Notes: generated from the sequence alone by a model not told the origin. A stretch of 43,325 bases of DNA, filler included, from Jimgerdemannia flammicorona (GCA_003990765.1; 2 parts of 2 records of this genome joined end to end with filler, not necessarily neighbours in it), one strand, 5' to 3'. Shown: positions 11,758-23,773, counted from the whole stretch's first letter. Program-made: numbers and translations.

Positions 11758-12617
11758 AGTAGTAGGAGGGGGCACAACAGGAGTCAGGAGAGGCCAGAAG
11801 GACTAGTAAGAGGGACAAAGTCTAAGCTAAGGTCAAAAGAGATAGAGGAGAAGCAAGAAGATAACATGTGGAAGGTGGGAGATAAGAACAGATAAAGAAC
11901 TAAGTGGAAATTGCATCAACCATTTATTGCCATACAAAGGTACAGTTCTTATATATAAAATACAATGTTCCAAAAGGGAAGACATGTCACAATACAGAGT
12001 TAACTGAATTAGGAACTATATGACAGTAAGAGATAAGGAGAGAGCTAACAAATAAATACAAACAAAATAAAACAAATCCAAATTGAGATTAAAAAACAAC
12101 CTGGCCCCCTCCAGGGTCTTGTACTCACTCTGAGGTCTTGGTCTTCACTCTACTCCCCTCTGTTGCCTTCAGCTCCTCAGCTTCACCTCAGGCTTACTAC
12201 AGCTCACTCTACTTGACCTTACTCCTCACTTATGCTCATCTCTCCAGAGTCTATAGATATTTTTTAATCTTAATTTGGATTTGTTTTTTTTGTATTTATT
12301 TGTGATTTTTATCCTACAACTGAGATTGGCTCTCTCTTTATCTCTAACTGTTATGTGGTTTTTAATTCAGTTAACTTCACATTGTAGCATATCTTTCCTT
12401 TTGGAATATTGTATTTTGTATATAAGGACTGTGCTTTTATATAGCAATAAACTGTTGAGACAATTTCTATTTAGTTCTTTATCTGTTCTTATCTCTCATC
12501 TTCTATATATCATCTTCTTGCTTCTCCTCCATCTCTTTTGACCTTGGCTCAGACTTTGCCCCTCTTGCCAGTCCTTCCATCCCTCCTCTGGCTCCTGTTA
12601 TACTCCCTCTTACTACT
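11758..12617. mobile_element. Foldback element with ~345-360-bp terminal inverted repeats and ~155-bp spacer
   Basis: 11758-12100 is the approximate reverse complement of 12256-12617 (e.g. GGTCAAAAGAGATAGAGGAGAAGCAAGAAGAT vs ATCTTCTTGCTTCTCCTCCATCTCTTTTGACC). It sits inside the copia relic. No clear TSD. Confidence 0.8.
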
Positions 12618-13371
12618 CCTCCTAATGGTGTTCTAATGTGAATTTTCATAGCAGAATAAGTACTGTATCATCTTATTTATAGTGTATGAGATATCAGATC
12701 CTGTTCTTAGCATAAGATATATAAGAGACACAACTACTTACTAATAGGGAATATTATTATTTTATTTATATCTAGCATAGTATCAAGCTTTCTTAACCTT
12801 ACTAAAGTCTCTATAAGAGTACTGATAGATTTTTATTTCACTTATATTGAAGTATTCTAGAATGGCTTAAATATAAGGCAACTGTAAGAGATATATAGTA
12901 TATATACTCCTATTATATATAATGGATATCCTTAAAAGAAAGAATATATTACCTATGTCTATTATCTTGAATTTCTTATGCAGAGCTTTTTTAACTCTAT
13001 TAAGTCTACTTTTTATTATAATGATAATTATATTATCTATTCATATACTTATAAAAGCCACTCTATCAGTATAGTGGTAAATATATATGTATTTATCTGC
13101 TTTGTAGCATATGAAGCTATTGTTAAGGAGATATTTATCAATTTTTACTTAATGCTATATAATTATTTATATAGTTTATATATGAAATTGTTCTGATCAT
13201 TATTCTGCTCATATCCTTATAGCTGGTGAATATATAACTCTTTATCTATATCACTATTGTAATATACCTAACTCAATGGAGACAAATTACACCTTTCTCT
13301 ACTACAATTCACATTATACTCACTTTTACAACACACTTTCAAGTCATTTATTAGAGAAAGTTATTAAGGCA

Positions 13372-15380
13372 ATGTCAACCAGCAAGCAAGCTGATGTGCA
13401 TACTAGGTCAGACAGACCTAGGGCCTTCAACTGGCAATATGTCAGGCAAGGATATGGACTTGGGATGGGGTCTCTTGGTGGCTCAAGTGGGCAGAGTAGC
13501 TTGGGCAGTAGAGGCAGCACTGGTGGGGGGGCTGGAGGGTAGCAGGGAAGGAGCTTTGCAGATATACTGAGGACTGGAGGTTGGCTGATGGGAGCTCACA
13601 GTGGCAGACAGGAGGAAAGGGGAAGCAGAAGGTTTTGGATGCTGGAGGAGCTGGGCCTTCGCTGGTGGGAGGTAGTGGCAGGACTGCTGATGGTGGTATG
13701 ACTGGGAATCTGGAAAAAAATCCAGATGTGACTATTGATATGGGGGCTGGGCAGATGGGCCCGAAGAGGAAGGGGGACCTGGCTAATAGTGTGATGGGGC
13801 TGGTGGTAGCTCCGTTACTCAAGAAATCAATCTTGGAGTTTGTGGCCACCTTGTGCTTCTGGGGCTTGGCAGTGATGGTGAGGATGGTCCTGGAGCTTAT
13901 CTCAAAGCAGGTGGCTGAAGCCACCTCAGTGAAGTTTCTGAAGGGGCTGGAGGGGGTTGAGGTGGGTTTTGAGGAGGCAGGCATACTGGATGAGACTCTG
14001 AAGGCTGGAGTGATAGTTGGGGTAGTAGTGGTCCCTATGGTGCATTGTCTGAGATAGGACCCCAGGGTGATGCAGCTGCTGGTGAAGGGAGTACCTACAG
14101 TGATAGTGGTCAAGATGAGGAGGAGGGTTGAGGAGGTGATGGCTGAGTATAGCGATGTAGTGGATATTGGTTTCCAGATTTGGGAGGGGACCACCATCAG
14201 GACTGGGGATATTGACATCAGGATTTGACTGGCAGAGAAGGAAGCTATGGGGAAGATAAGTGACTGGCTGGTGGTAATGCTTTGGGGGGCTTTCAGCTTT
14301 CAAGTATCGAGGGTAAAAGAGAGTGAGGAGGAGGAGGAGGATCTACTGGAGGCTCTGGAAGAGATGAGTGGGGCTGTCGAGAGGAGGGCAAAGACTTGGA
14401 AGAAATATATAGACTCGACATACTTGGAGATTGTGGAGGGGAAGCATATCTACACTGACAAGAGACAGTGGGAGCGGGTCCAGGAGTGCAAGAGGCAGAG
14501 GGAGCTTTTGGCAAGTATGAAAGGAGGGGCAAAGAAGAAGTTGGATGGGGCTGAGGAGTCTGGAGGCATCAAAGCCAGTGTCTGGGCTAGTAAAGGAGGA
14601 GAGGAGGTGGAGGTGAACAAGGAAGGAACTGGGAAGGTGCTGGGCAAGGATCCCTATACTGATGGTACATTTGAAGTTTGGGAGCAGGATTTGGATGGCA
14701 CCCCCCTCCACTTATGTATCAGGAGGGACCCAGTTGCGAAGAGAGAGGCAGCAGAGGATGTGCTGATGCAGGGGGCCAAGTGAGTTCACTTTGGGGTTCC
14801 AGATGTGGTGAAAGGGGACCAGGTGGTGGTAGTTGGTGAGGATGAGCTGGTGGATGTCCCAGAGGAGGAGTGGGATGAGGCTGCCAGTGTAGGAGCAGAT
14901 ACCATGATGCTGGATGCAGGGTGGCCAGAGACTCCTGGAGGGAAGGAGGTGGGGAATCTGCTGTAGATGAGTAAGGTGATAGATAACCTTGCAGCTGAGG
15001 AGTTGGGAGAAGTTGACCTACATGTGATGCCAGAGGAGCATTGGGCATGGATTCTGCATGAAGATGGTGTGGTGGAGGTATTGAAGGTGGAGATTCTTGC
15101 AATTTTCCTAGAGGAGGAGGGATACAAGGTTGATAAGATGAGAGAGGCAGAGCTGGTGGTGGTTGCTGGTGAGCAAGCTGCCTACTGCTGGGCAGAGCAT
15201 CATGGTTTGCAGCTCTGGCAGGAGGCCTGTCTGGAGTATCATGAGGACTTTGAGGAGAAAGAGGATGGGGCAATGGTTAAACTTCTGGGGGATTGGAGGC
15301 ACAGGAAGCTGAAGAGAAGAGACTAGCTGCAGAATATGACTTGGACTTGGTGCAGGAGGACCTAAATGTGGATTTGTAGT
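13372..15380 (+). pseudogene. LINE ORF1 (RRM-like middle region, acidic C-terminus)
   Basis: MSTSKQADVHTRSDRPRAFNWQYV... Track ORFs 13581, 14247 and 14967 are fragments of one frame broken by TAG/TGA stops. The second copy has the homologous start at 36114 (minus). Confidence 0.7.
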
Positions 15381-15410
15381 GGATGAGATCGATAAATAAC
15401 AGTATTTCTT

Positions 15411-17635
15411 ATGAATAGTACAACAAATATTTTCTCTCTAAATGTGAATGGGTTATAAAGATCTGGGCAGCATAAGAACATTTTTACTTGGCTCAAGAGA
15501 TTGGAGGCTGATCTCTTTTTACGGCAGGATATATAGTGTGAGGATGAGGATGATCAGGTAGAGTGGACTAGGAAATGGGGTGGGGCTACTGCTTGGTTGG
15601 CAAAGTGGTAATTCTGGTGAAGAAGGGTAGAGGAGATTTGGAGGGAATCAGGAGCTGGGGTGATCACTTGGTCTAGGGAGAATGGCATCAGCCAGGATGG
15701 GAATCAGTGAGGGTGGGCTCCTGCTACTGCCCTGCAGTTAGGGACGAGAGGATTATATGAATAAAGGAGCTGCTGGAGGAGGGTATTCTCTTGGAGGAAG
15801 GAGTCAATGTTCTTGGTGGTGATTTTAATATGGTTTGAGATCTTCAACTAGATAGAACTGATGGAGGGAGGAATACAGGTGGGAGAAGTGGTGGTCTGGA
15901 TGCATGAGAGGAGGTGGAGAATCTTAGCTCCTTAGAAGATATGAGCAGAACACAGTGAGGCAATGCCAGGGTCTACATACATTGGGTGAATAGCTTAGGC
16001 ATGAGGATTGACTGGATTCTGATTGCTGAATGTTGGGGTATTGATGTCTGGAAGACTTTGGAGATGGTGTGGTGCCCATGGTCTGATCACTGGGGACTAT
16101 TAGGGCAGGGGCAGTTTGGGGGGAGTGGAGATGGACCTGGACATTGGCACCTTAACTCCTCTCTGCTGGCTGAGAAGGGGTTGTGGGACTCATGGATGGA
16201 GGATATCCAGACAAAGGTTCCTATCTAAAGGAATGAGGGTCTGTCTGTAGGTATCCATTGGATAAGGTTAAAAGAGGCTACAAGGGCCTATTGGGGAGAA
16301 TCTGGTAGAGAGACTGGGAGACAGAAGAGGAAGTGCATATGGTATGCTTCCAATAGGCTGATGAGATTGCAGATGGAATGGGCTGATTTACTTATTTCTG
16401 ATGAGGTGGAGGATTGGAGGTTAGAGTGGGTGAAATTGGAGGTAGTGGATCTGCAACAGGTATTGAGAGAGGAGGAGGAGACTTATATGCAAGGAATGGC
16501 TACCAGGCTATGGTAGCAGGGGCTTGAGGAGGGAGAGTGGCCTACTAGGTACTTGTCTAGGCTCCTCAAAACTAGGAGAGTGTAACATTGGTGAGATGGG
16601 GTCTTTGATGCTGAGGGAGATATGGTGCATGGCACACAACAGATCTTGGGGGTCTTGAAGGAGCGATGGTGGGGCCTATAGAGTGAGGAAGAAGGGGGTG
16701 CTGATGAAGAGGCAATTGGAGATATACTGGAGAAGTGGAAGCCACTGCAGGTAGAGGGCCTGGGGGACTTGATCTTACTAGTCCAAGAAGAGGAGATCCA
16801 GAGGATCCTTGTGGCAACTAATCTTGGGACAGTGCCAGGGGAGGATGGGTTATCTTGGGACTTCTGGAAGAAGCTGGCAAAGGTTCCTGGAGTATTAGGA
16901 GAGATGGCTGCCCTTTGTGACCATGTTCTTCTGAATGGTAAGTGGGTTGGAGAGCAGAACTTGGGGTTGGTGGCCTTATTGTACAAAGACAAGGGCAGAT
17001 GAGAGAACTAGAAGAATTGGAGGCCAATCATGCTTTTGGATATAGACTGAAAGTTGGTGACTAAAGTGATTGTTTCAAGACTACAGAAGGTTGCTCAACA
17101 GATGCTAGGTGAGGAGCAGCAGAGTTTTGTGAGAGGTAGGCTTATCAGAGATGGGACTGCCTGAGTGTATGGTATCATTGAAGGGGCTTGGGCCTGTGGG
17201 CTGGATGGTAGACTGGTCTTTTTTGGACCAAGAGAAGACCTATGACCATGTTCAGTGGGTATGGCTAGGCAAGGTACTGGACAGAATTGGTGTCCCACCA
17301 CAGTTTCAGGCCTCTATGTTGAATTTGTTGGAGGGTAGTAGGGTGGCACTGATGTGTAATAGTCACAGAGGTTTGGCATTTCTATTGGAGAGAGGAGTTC
17401 CTCAAGAAGACCTGCTGTCCTATATACTTTATACTCTTTCACTGGAACCTTTGATAGATAGGATCTATCAGAAGGTGGCTGGGCTCTCTATGTATGGTGT
17501 AGTGTAGAAGGTGGGGGTCTTTGCAGATGATATGGTAGTTGGACTTGGATCAGTGACAGATGTAGGGATACTTATAGAAACAGTGGAATGGTATGAGATA
17601 TACTCTGGGGTGAAACTCAACTGGTATAAGTGTAT
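15411..17635 (+). pseudogene. LINE ORF2: apurinic endonuclease plus reverse transcriptase
   Basis: EN motifs SLNVNGL, GGDFN, RIDWIL, WSDH and GPGHWHLNSSLL. RT motifs PGEDGL, NWRPIMLL, QQSFVRGR, LDQEKTYDHV, RGVPQEDLLS and VFADD. Confidence 0.92.
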
Positions 17636-17914
17636 ATCTACTACAGCTATATTTGATATCTTAGTATAGTATATATATTTAAAGAATTATATTATAGTCA
17701 CTTAGTGCTAGTAGGGCTCATAATCTTTATTATAAATATAGAGTAGATACTAAAAAAGAGTAGGAAAAAAGAGAAGTGATATTTATTATTTCAGATAGTA
17801 TATATTTATATATTAGAATTAGTGATATAATTAAAAATAATATAGTTATACATATATAAGCTATATATAAGTTTCAAATCATCAAGATATAATAATAATA
17901 GAAATTTTAATATA

Positions 17915-18387
17915 TAATAGATATCTTTATCTTAAATACTTAATTTTTAAAGTTCTTAGTAGAGTATAGAGTAGATAAGTTTAAATTATATCTATCTGTA
18001 AGCTTACTAGTTTTTATATCTCTTATAATATAGTGAGTATATAACCAGAGAAATGTAGCAGATTTTTATAACTCTTCTTGACTTCTCAGAGTCACAAGTG
18101 GTATCTGTCTGATCTCATCAGACTACTAGGATGAGGCTCAAACTCTTTTGATCTAAAATTTATTCATTCTAGATACTGGGATATTTATATAAGTTTGCTA
18201 GCTATAAGGTGGCTAAGTTATGACTATATTTCCTATAAGTCACTTTTTACAAGTATAGATCCTTTATATCTGTAAAATCTCTACATTTGTAAAGTTTCTA
18301 CATTTGTAAAATAACTACTATTTATAAATATTTAGACACCATGATCAAATGTCTATTTTCTATTTCTATTTCATACTATATATCACA
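17915..18387 (-). mobile_element. Degenerate LTR related to the dUTPase-Gypsy LTR family
   Basis: 17930-18020 and 18145-18360 align with 1455-1860 and 8950-9370. Begins TGTGATA on the minus strand at 18387. Confidence 0.7.
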
Positions 18388-18678
18388 TTTTCTCTCTGAA
18401 TAGATTATTTTTAATATAAAAATACCTATTCAAATTCCTATATCTTAATGTTTATATATTTATTTCCTCTATATAGACATATTTGTGATAAATATATGCA
18501 ATTGTCTGAATGTTTTTCAAGGTCTCAAAAAAAGTCTTTAAATAATTAATTCAGATGGTAGTATATATATTGTCAAAAGTTAGATAATGATATCTTCAAA
18601 AAGTCAGCAGTAAATCATATATCACAGGACAGCTTCTAGGCTCATCAAGTGTGGGTATCTTCAAAAATTGGGTGGTGG

Positions 18679-18920
18679 AAAATTGTATATCATAAGATAG
18701 CAAATTATATATCATGAGATAGCAATTGTATATTACAGGATAGCAAATCATATATTGTAAGATAGCTAATCATATATTGTGGGATGGCAAATTATATATT
18801 ACAGGATAGTAAACTATATGTCATGAGATGGCAAATCATATATCATAGAACAGTAAATCATATGTCATAGGATGGCAAATTATATATTATAGGATAGTAA
18901 ATTATATATATTGAGATAGC
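18679..18920. repeat. Tandem array of about 11 x 22-bp units (CAAATYATATRTYAYRRGATRG)
   Basis: Head-to-tail units without spacers. One additional isolated unit at about 18610-18632. Confidence 0.9.
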
Positions 18921-18927
18921 AACTCAA

Positions 18928-20428
18928 TATATAGGTACATAACTTCTATTCCATCAGTTTTATGTCATTTCATCAGTAATATATGAAATATATGACTTAG
19001 GCTTTTTGAATAAATCACTTTGGTTAGCAGCTAGAACTTCTCTAGTTTATATACTATACTGATGAACATGGGTGTGAGCCAGAGCACCAAAATGAGTATC
19101 TCTACAATGGCTCCTCAGTAATGGAAAATGCAGTCTCATTATAAGAGATGCTTGCTAATAGTGATATTGAAGTTCTTTCTAGTGACAGAAGGTAATTACA
19201 AAAATGGCATCTGCCTAGATATTCAAGACAATTATGAAGTCCTCCATGATGATAGAAGACAATTATAACAAAGGTGCCCACACAGATATTCAAGGTAATT
19301 ACAAGTTCTCTTAGGCAGCAGGCAAAGTTATCTCTAGTATTAAGACAATTATAAAGCCCTTCCAAGTGGTCAAGGTACAAAGTCCTCTCTGATGGCAGAG
19401 ATTCTCTACTAGGTATTAGAGATAGCAATTATGATAATAAGGATACCTGTCAATAAGGCTGATGAAACTAGTATATATGAGACAAGTAATAAGATCAATA
19501 GAAATAAACCTAAACCTAAAGTATGGATATAGTAAATAAAGCCAGTATAGACAACAAGGTCAAAAGTATGGACAAAAGTACAGATGAGGTAAATGCCAAT
19601 AAGGTCCAAAGTATAGATAATAATGACAACTATATCAACCAGGAATAACACCTATATCTAGAGTGAGTACTACTAACAACATCAGTAGCATGGATACTAC
19701 CAATATCAGCAATATAGATATCACCAACAATATCAGCAGCATAGATACTAACAATAATATCAGTAGCATGAGTACTGCTAACAATATCTAGTGAATATAT
19801 CAATATAGCTAATAATAATAAAGATAACATCTGATTAATAGATTTTGGCACAATATAGTATATGATACCATACTATATATACTAGGAACAATAACAGTCA
19901 GCACTAACAATAACATACATTTCAAAAGACATGAGAATAGCAATAGCTATAGTAATAGTATTAGATTAAGTAGGAGTATATAGTCATCTGGTAAAGTCTA
20001 ATAGCTAATCAGACACTTTTTAGGCTATAAAAAGCCTATATATTTGCATATATATTGACATCCCTCATTTATGAGCAGATTACATATGTTATATTTTGTA
20101 GATATTTTAGATATTTTGGAATACTTTTTGACTCATGAAAATTCCTTTGATATAGGATTTTATAATTGTAATTCTGGGTTATATATAGTTCTAGTTTTTT
20201 ATATATATTGTATTGCTCTTTTATTCTAGTTTGTATTCTTCTTTTTTTTAGATATAGTTGATAGTTTTTTGTTTTGTTTTAGTATACATATCCCTTTGAG
20301 TAGAAGTGTTGAAAGTAACTTGATATATAGGTACATGACTTTACATCATATACCATTCTATCAGTTTTATGTCATTCCATCAGTAATATGTAAAATACAC
20401 AACTTAGGCTTTTTTGAATAAATCACTT
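18928..20428 (+). other. ~100-bp direct repeats (18928-19020, 20324-20428) flanking a degenerate low-complexity coding-like segment
   Basis: TATATAGGTACAT...ATCAGTTTTATGTCATT...ACTTAGGCTTTTTGAATAAATCACTT occurs twice. The internal 24-27-bp repeats translate as N/S/T-rich NISSMDTTN-like units (~19670-19800). Confidence 0.55.
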
Positions 20429-20445
20429 CTTTTGTTTATTATAAC

Positions 20446-21614
20446 TAGTGCTCTGAACAAGTCAATTCAAATCAAATCCAGATTTGATTTGTCACATGAT
20501 GGTTCAATCCGAATCTCAAATCTGAAGCCATCCGAATCAACTCAGATTAATCTGAATCACCTCATCTGAATTGCCCCATCTGAATCACCCATCCAAACCA
20601 CCCCAATCCAAATCACTCAATCCGAATCACTCAATCCAAATCACTCAATCTGAATCACTCAATCTGAATCATCCAATTCGAATCCTCTAATTTGAATCCT
20701 CCAATTTGAATCCTCCAATTTGAATCCTCCAATCCGAATCCTCATCTGAATTCTTCAACCAAATTCTCCAATCCAAATCCTCCACATGACTCATATGCCA
20801 GACACATCCACAATATATTACACACACATGCATATACAATACACATACATGTATATACATGCACATACAAATACGCAAACACACATATCGACAGATCAGT
20901 CTTCAACAGTTCATAGTACCAATAATGCTTCAAGTCAAACATCTCTGATAGTTCCACACCTTCCATGCAATTCTTGCTCTGAAATCTGGCAACATTGTGC
21001 TAAGATAGGAGATGATGTTGTTTGTAATTATTGCAGGTAAAAAATTAAGATGCACCTATTGACTTGTTTGACACACACATGATATTGTTTCATCCACCCC
21101 CATAAACTGTACCAGCCAGAAGTTCAAAATGCTTGGTGGTACAACCTCGAACATGAATCAACACATAAAAGACAAGCACTCTGACAAAATCAAAAAGAAT
21201 ACAGAGACAAATAAAATCGACATCCAAGCTGTGGTGGGTACATTTATCCAATTGCCCAACTATTTCTGTACCAACAATGCCATTTAATCAAAAATATTTA
21301 GCCATACTCTTTGGTAGAATTTCGAAATCAGCTCATTTGCTGGATTGTGTATACAGACCAGCCATTCACAACCATTGAGAGTGATCAATTGCATAGCATC
21401 TTTGGTCTCCTCAAGCATGATTTATATTTGCCAAGTACCGATACTATTCGCAAAGATGTCCTGGAGGCCTATAGGAAGGAGCACAACAATCTCTGCCAGA
21501 TACTTCAGGTAAAATAAGGGCAGCACTGTGACCTTTGCAAGCTGAATTATATAAAAGAGCTCACCAATTTAACCTTACATTCAATAAGCAGAATTCGGCA
21601 GGCAAAATTTTGTT
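20446..21614 (+). mobile_element. 5' part of a hAT DNA transposon (TIR, subterminal repeats, transposase N-terminus), cut by contig end
   Basis: The TIR TAGTGCTCTGAACAAGTCAA is shared with three MITEs that have 8-bp TSDs. Clustered TCYGAATC repeats at 20505-20780. BED finger and hAT motifs follow. Confidence 0.88.
20950..21508 (+). CDS. hAT transposase N-terminal exons with BED zinc finger (partial, intron-containing)
   Basis: Removing a GT-AG intron at 21037-21115 gives SEIWQHC...VVCNYCSQKFKMLGGTTSNMNQHIKDKH (BED finger). A later exon reads WIVYTDQPFTTIES...LYLPSTDTIRKDV, a typical hAT segment. The start codon and intron 2 limits are not determined. Confidence 0.8.
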
Positions 21615-21714
21615 NNNNNNNNNNNNNNNNNNNNNNNNNNNNNNNNNNNNNNNNNNNNTTAATTAATTAANNNNNNNNNNNNNNNNNNNNNNNNNNNNNN
21701 NNNNNNNNNNNNNN
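21615..21714. other. Artificial 100-bp contig spacer (N44-TTAATTAATTAA-N44)
   Basis: Symmetric N runs surround a 12-mer that places stop codons in all six frames. Confidence 0.95.
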
Positions 21715-22208
21715 AACAAACTCTAAGTCCTACAGATTTTATTAGAAGAGAACCTAAACTATATAGGCCAAAACCACCCCTCACTCTCTCCTAAATATTG
21801 CATTCTCATTAACCTAGGTTTACTATTATCTAATAGCTAGATATAGCAGAGCTTATTATAGCCTATACCTTATTCTGTATACTATACTCTCCCTACTACT
21901 AGAGAAAACAACTATATGTCAATAACTAAAAGTATATATATATATATAATCTCAACATATATAAGACTATGCTAGAGTTAGATAACAAAGTCTCCACTAT
22001 CCCAAATAGAGTAATAGATAAAGAAAAAACTCTCCAAAAGATATAGAATAGTAGGTAGAATCTAGTTCTCTCTAATGGAGTGAGTGAAGAACTTATATAT
22101 AAGATAGAAGAAAACTTCTAATACTCTACTACTCAAGCCTGTAAGCTTTGATTATATTACTATATCAGCTCTTAATTCTAGTTAAGTATAGCCTAAATAT
22201 GTACCTAA

Positions 22209-23773
22209 TGTAACAGTGATCTCAGAATAATGATATCAGCATAGAAGACAGTCTTTTCTTACAAGCCACCAGATTGGAACACAAGAAGATCATATGGTAT
22301 ATAAGATGAGCAATGATGACCAACTGTGAGTCATTGTAACCACAGTATAAGCATCTTGAGGAATATAAAAGAAGGATCAAGGAACTACAGTAATAGCAAC
22401 CAATAAGACCCACTAATCTCAAAATAGCTCAAAGACTCACTACAAATAAAATATCTGCTGCTCACCAAACCTCAAGGTCAAGGAACTACCAAGGTATCTT
22501 AGTTGAAAAGAGGATGTTCCAAGACATCAGAAGAGCCATGAGGACCTGCTTAAGAAGGACTTCTAGTGTCAATCTGGGTACTAGTAATTCTTATCACTAT
22601 ATTCTCTATTACTGTAAAATGGAAACAAGGATCACTATTGCTACTGAATGTCTCCAAATATGGTAGAAGTATGAAATAGGAAACCTTCTCTGCTGAGAGT
22701 TTCTACAGGCCAGCACTTAAGAGCTACAAGATGCTACTCCCATAGATATATACAAAATAAGGATAGCTAAGAAGATCCATCAGATCTTCAGGCATACACC
22801 ATAGTCAATCTCCAACTTGGAGTATGTTAGAGTCTCAGATTTCAGAGACCTGTCATTCTGCCATATCAATATACTAGAAGCCAGGGTGGCTACAGAAGCC
22901 CAGTCCACTATCACCCTTAATAGTGATGAAGTAGAAGACTTCTGGTATCTCATCCTTTAGGACAACTCAGACCAATTCCTGCAAGAATTGATCTCAGTAT
23001 TCCAAGGCCCAAGCATCCAGGTTAGATCCCCCCAAGACCCTACATTTTTTCCTTATTTTGTGGAAGAGAATCTCATAGATTAGAGAGCCCCTGATTTCTC
23101 TACTATCAAATGTGATAATATTATCAGCAATGATGTCATCTTGCATGACATATGTGAGATATATGATGAAGCATGCAAAGTATACAAAATGTATGACCTA
23201 CATGATGATAATGATGAGACAGATAAGATGTTTGCAGACTTCATCTTCTTTAAAGACATCTTGATCTCTAATGATGAAACCTCTATAGTCTTGAACATTC
23301 TGCTCTAAGTCCTTTGGTTATACTGAATAATACCAGCACCAGTATTCTGATGTAATACTGAATAATGCCAGCACCAGTATTCTGATGTGATACTGAATTA
23401 TACCAGTATTCTGAACCTATATAACCATCAGTGCTGACCCTGAAACTTAGTAGTTTTTTCTGTTCTGGTATTTTATTTTAGTTATTGAAATTTATATTTA
23501 GCTTTATATCTTAGTAACCATTGAATTATATTTTGTATAAATACCCCTCTTATTTTTTCTGAAATAAAGTTAGTTCCAGTTCACTTATATATAATTTCTT
23601 GCAAGCAATCTAAAAGATAATAAGACAGTTTAAAGATAAGAAGTTTGAGGACTATAAGACCTTGAGAAGGCACTCTAATAAGAACTTACTTATAACAAAC
23701 TTAAGTTAGTCTAAGAGATATATCTTGAAGAGAATCTGGCATATTTGAAGGACTCAGTGACCACTACATAATA
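22209..23773 (+). mobile_element. 1.57-kb solo LTR containing an internal ORF (copy B)
   Basis: TGTAACAGTG...CATAATA with 4-bp TSD CTAA (22205-22208, 23774-23777). The LINE 3' region resumes on both sides. TATAAAA 22364, TATAAATA 23536, AATAAA 23563; 35-bp tandem repeats at 23322-23412. Confidence 0.88.
22451..23308 (+). pseudogene. LTR-encoded accessory ORF (copy B)
   Basis: ATA (from ATG) TCT GCT GCT CAC CAA..., ATECLQIW*KYEIG..., AKKIHQIFRH..., FLQELISVFQGPSIQV..., MFADFIFFKD...VLNILL*. Contains stops and frameshifts. Confidence 0.82.

Larger units (their letters stand above)
9640..13265 (-). pseudogene. Ty1/copia RT-RNase H relic, interrupted by a solo LTR and a foldback element
   Basis: Minus-strand translation gives QL*GYE...YKLYK*LYSIK* (~13150-13225), I*IDNII (YVDD motif region, ~13030), PY**VVVSLIYLMLRTGSDISY (~12690-12750), TDWAGDLDN (~11645-11670) and IHQDN*STIVMTKNPINYTRTKHVNI*YHY...MIVNLLIKAL (9700-9885). 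These are typical copia motifs. Boundaries are approximate. Confidence 0.85.
13270..17635 (+). mobile_element. L1/Tx1-like non-LTR retrotransposon, 3'-truncated
   Basis: Purine-rich ORF1 followed by an APE-RT ORF2. Colinear with the minus-strand copy at 26700-36114. Homology ends shortly after FADD. Confidence 0.9.

Noticed and set aside
13442..15302. Long minus-strand ORFs (258, 125, 184 aa etc.)
   Set aside because: These are Pro/Ser/Leu-rich shadows of the purine-rich LINE ORF1 on the plus strand.
18679..18920. CRISPR-like array
   Set aside because: The units are head-to-tail with no unique spacers, there are no cas genes, and the context is eukaryotic TE sequence.
20687..20966. Cys/Val/Met-rich minus-strand ORFs
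   Set aside because: They arise from CA/TA microsatellite-like sequence and hAT subterminal repeats.
21659..21670. TTAATTAATTAA palindrome as a biological site
   Set aside because: It is centred in a symmetric N44/N44 spacer and is a standard six-frame-stop linker.
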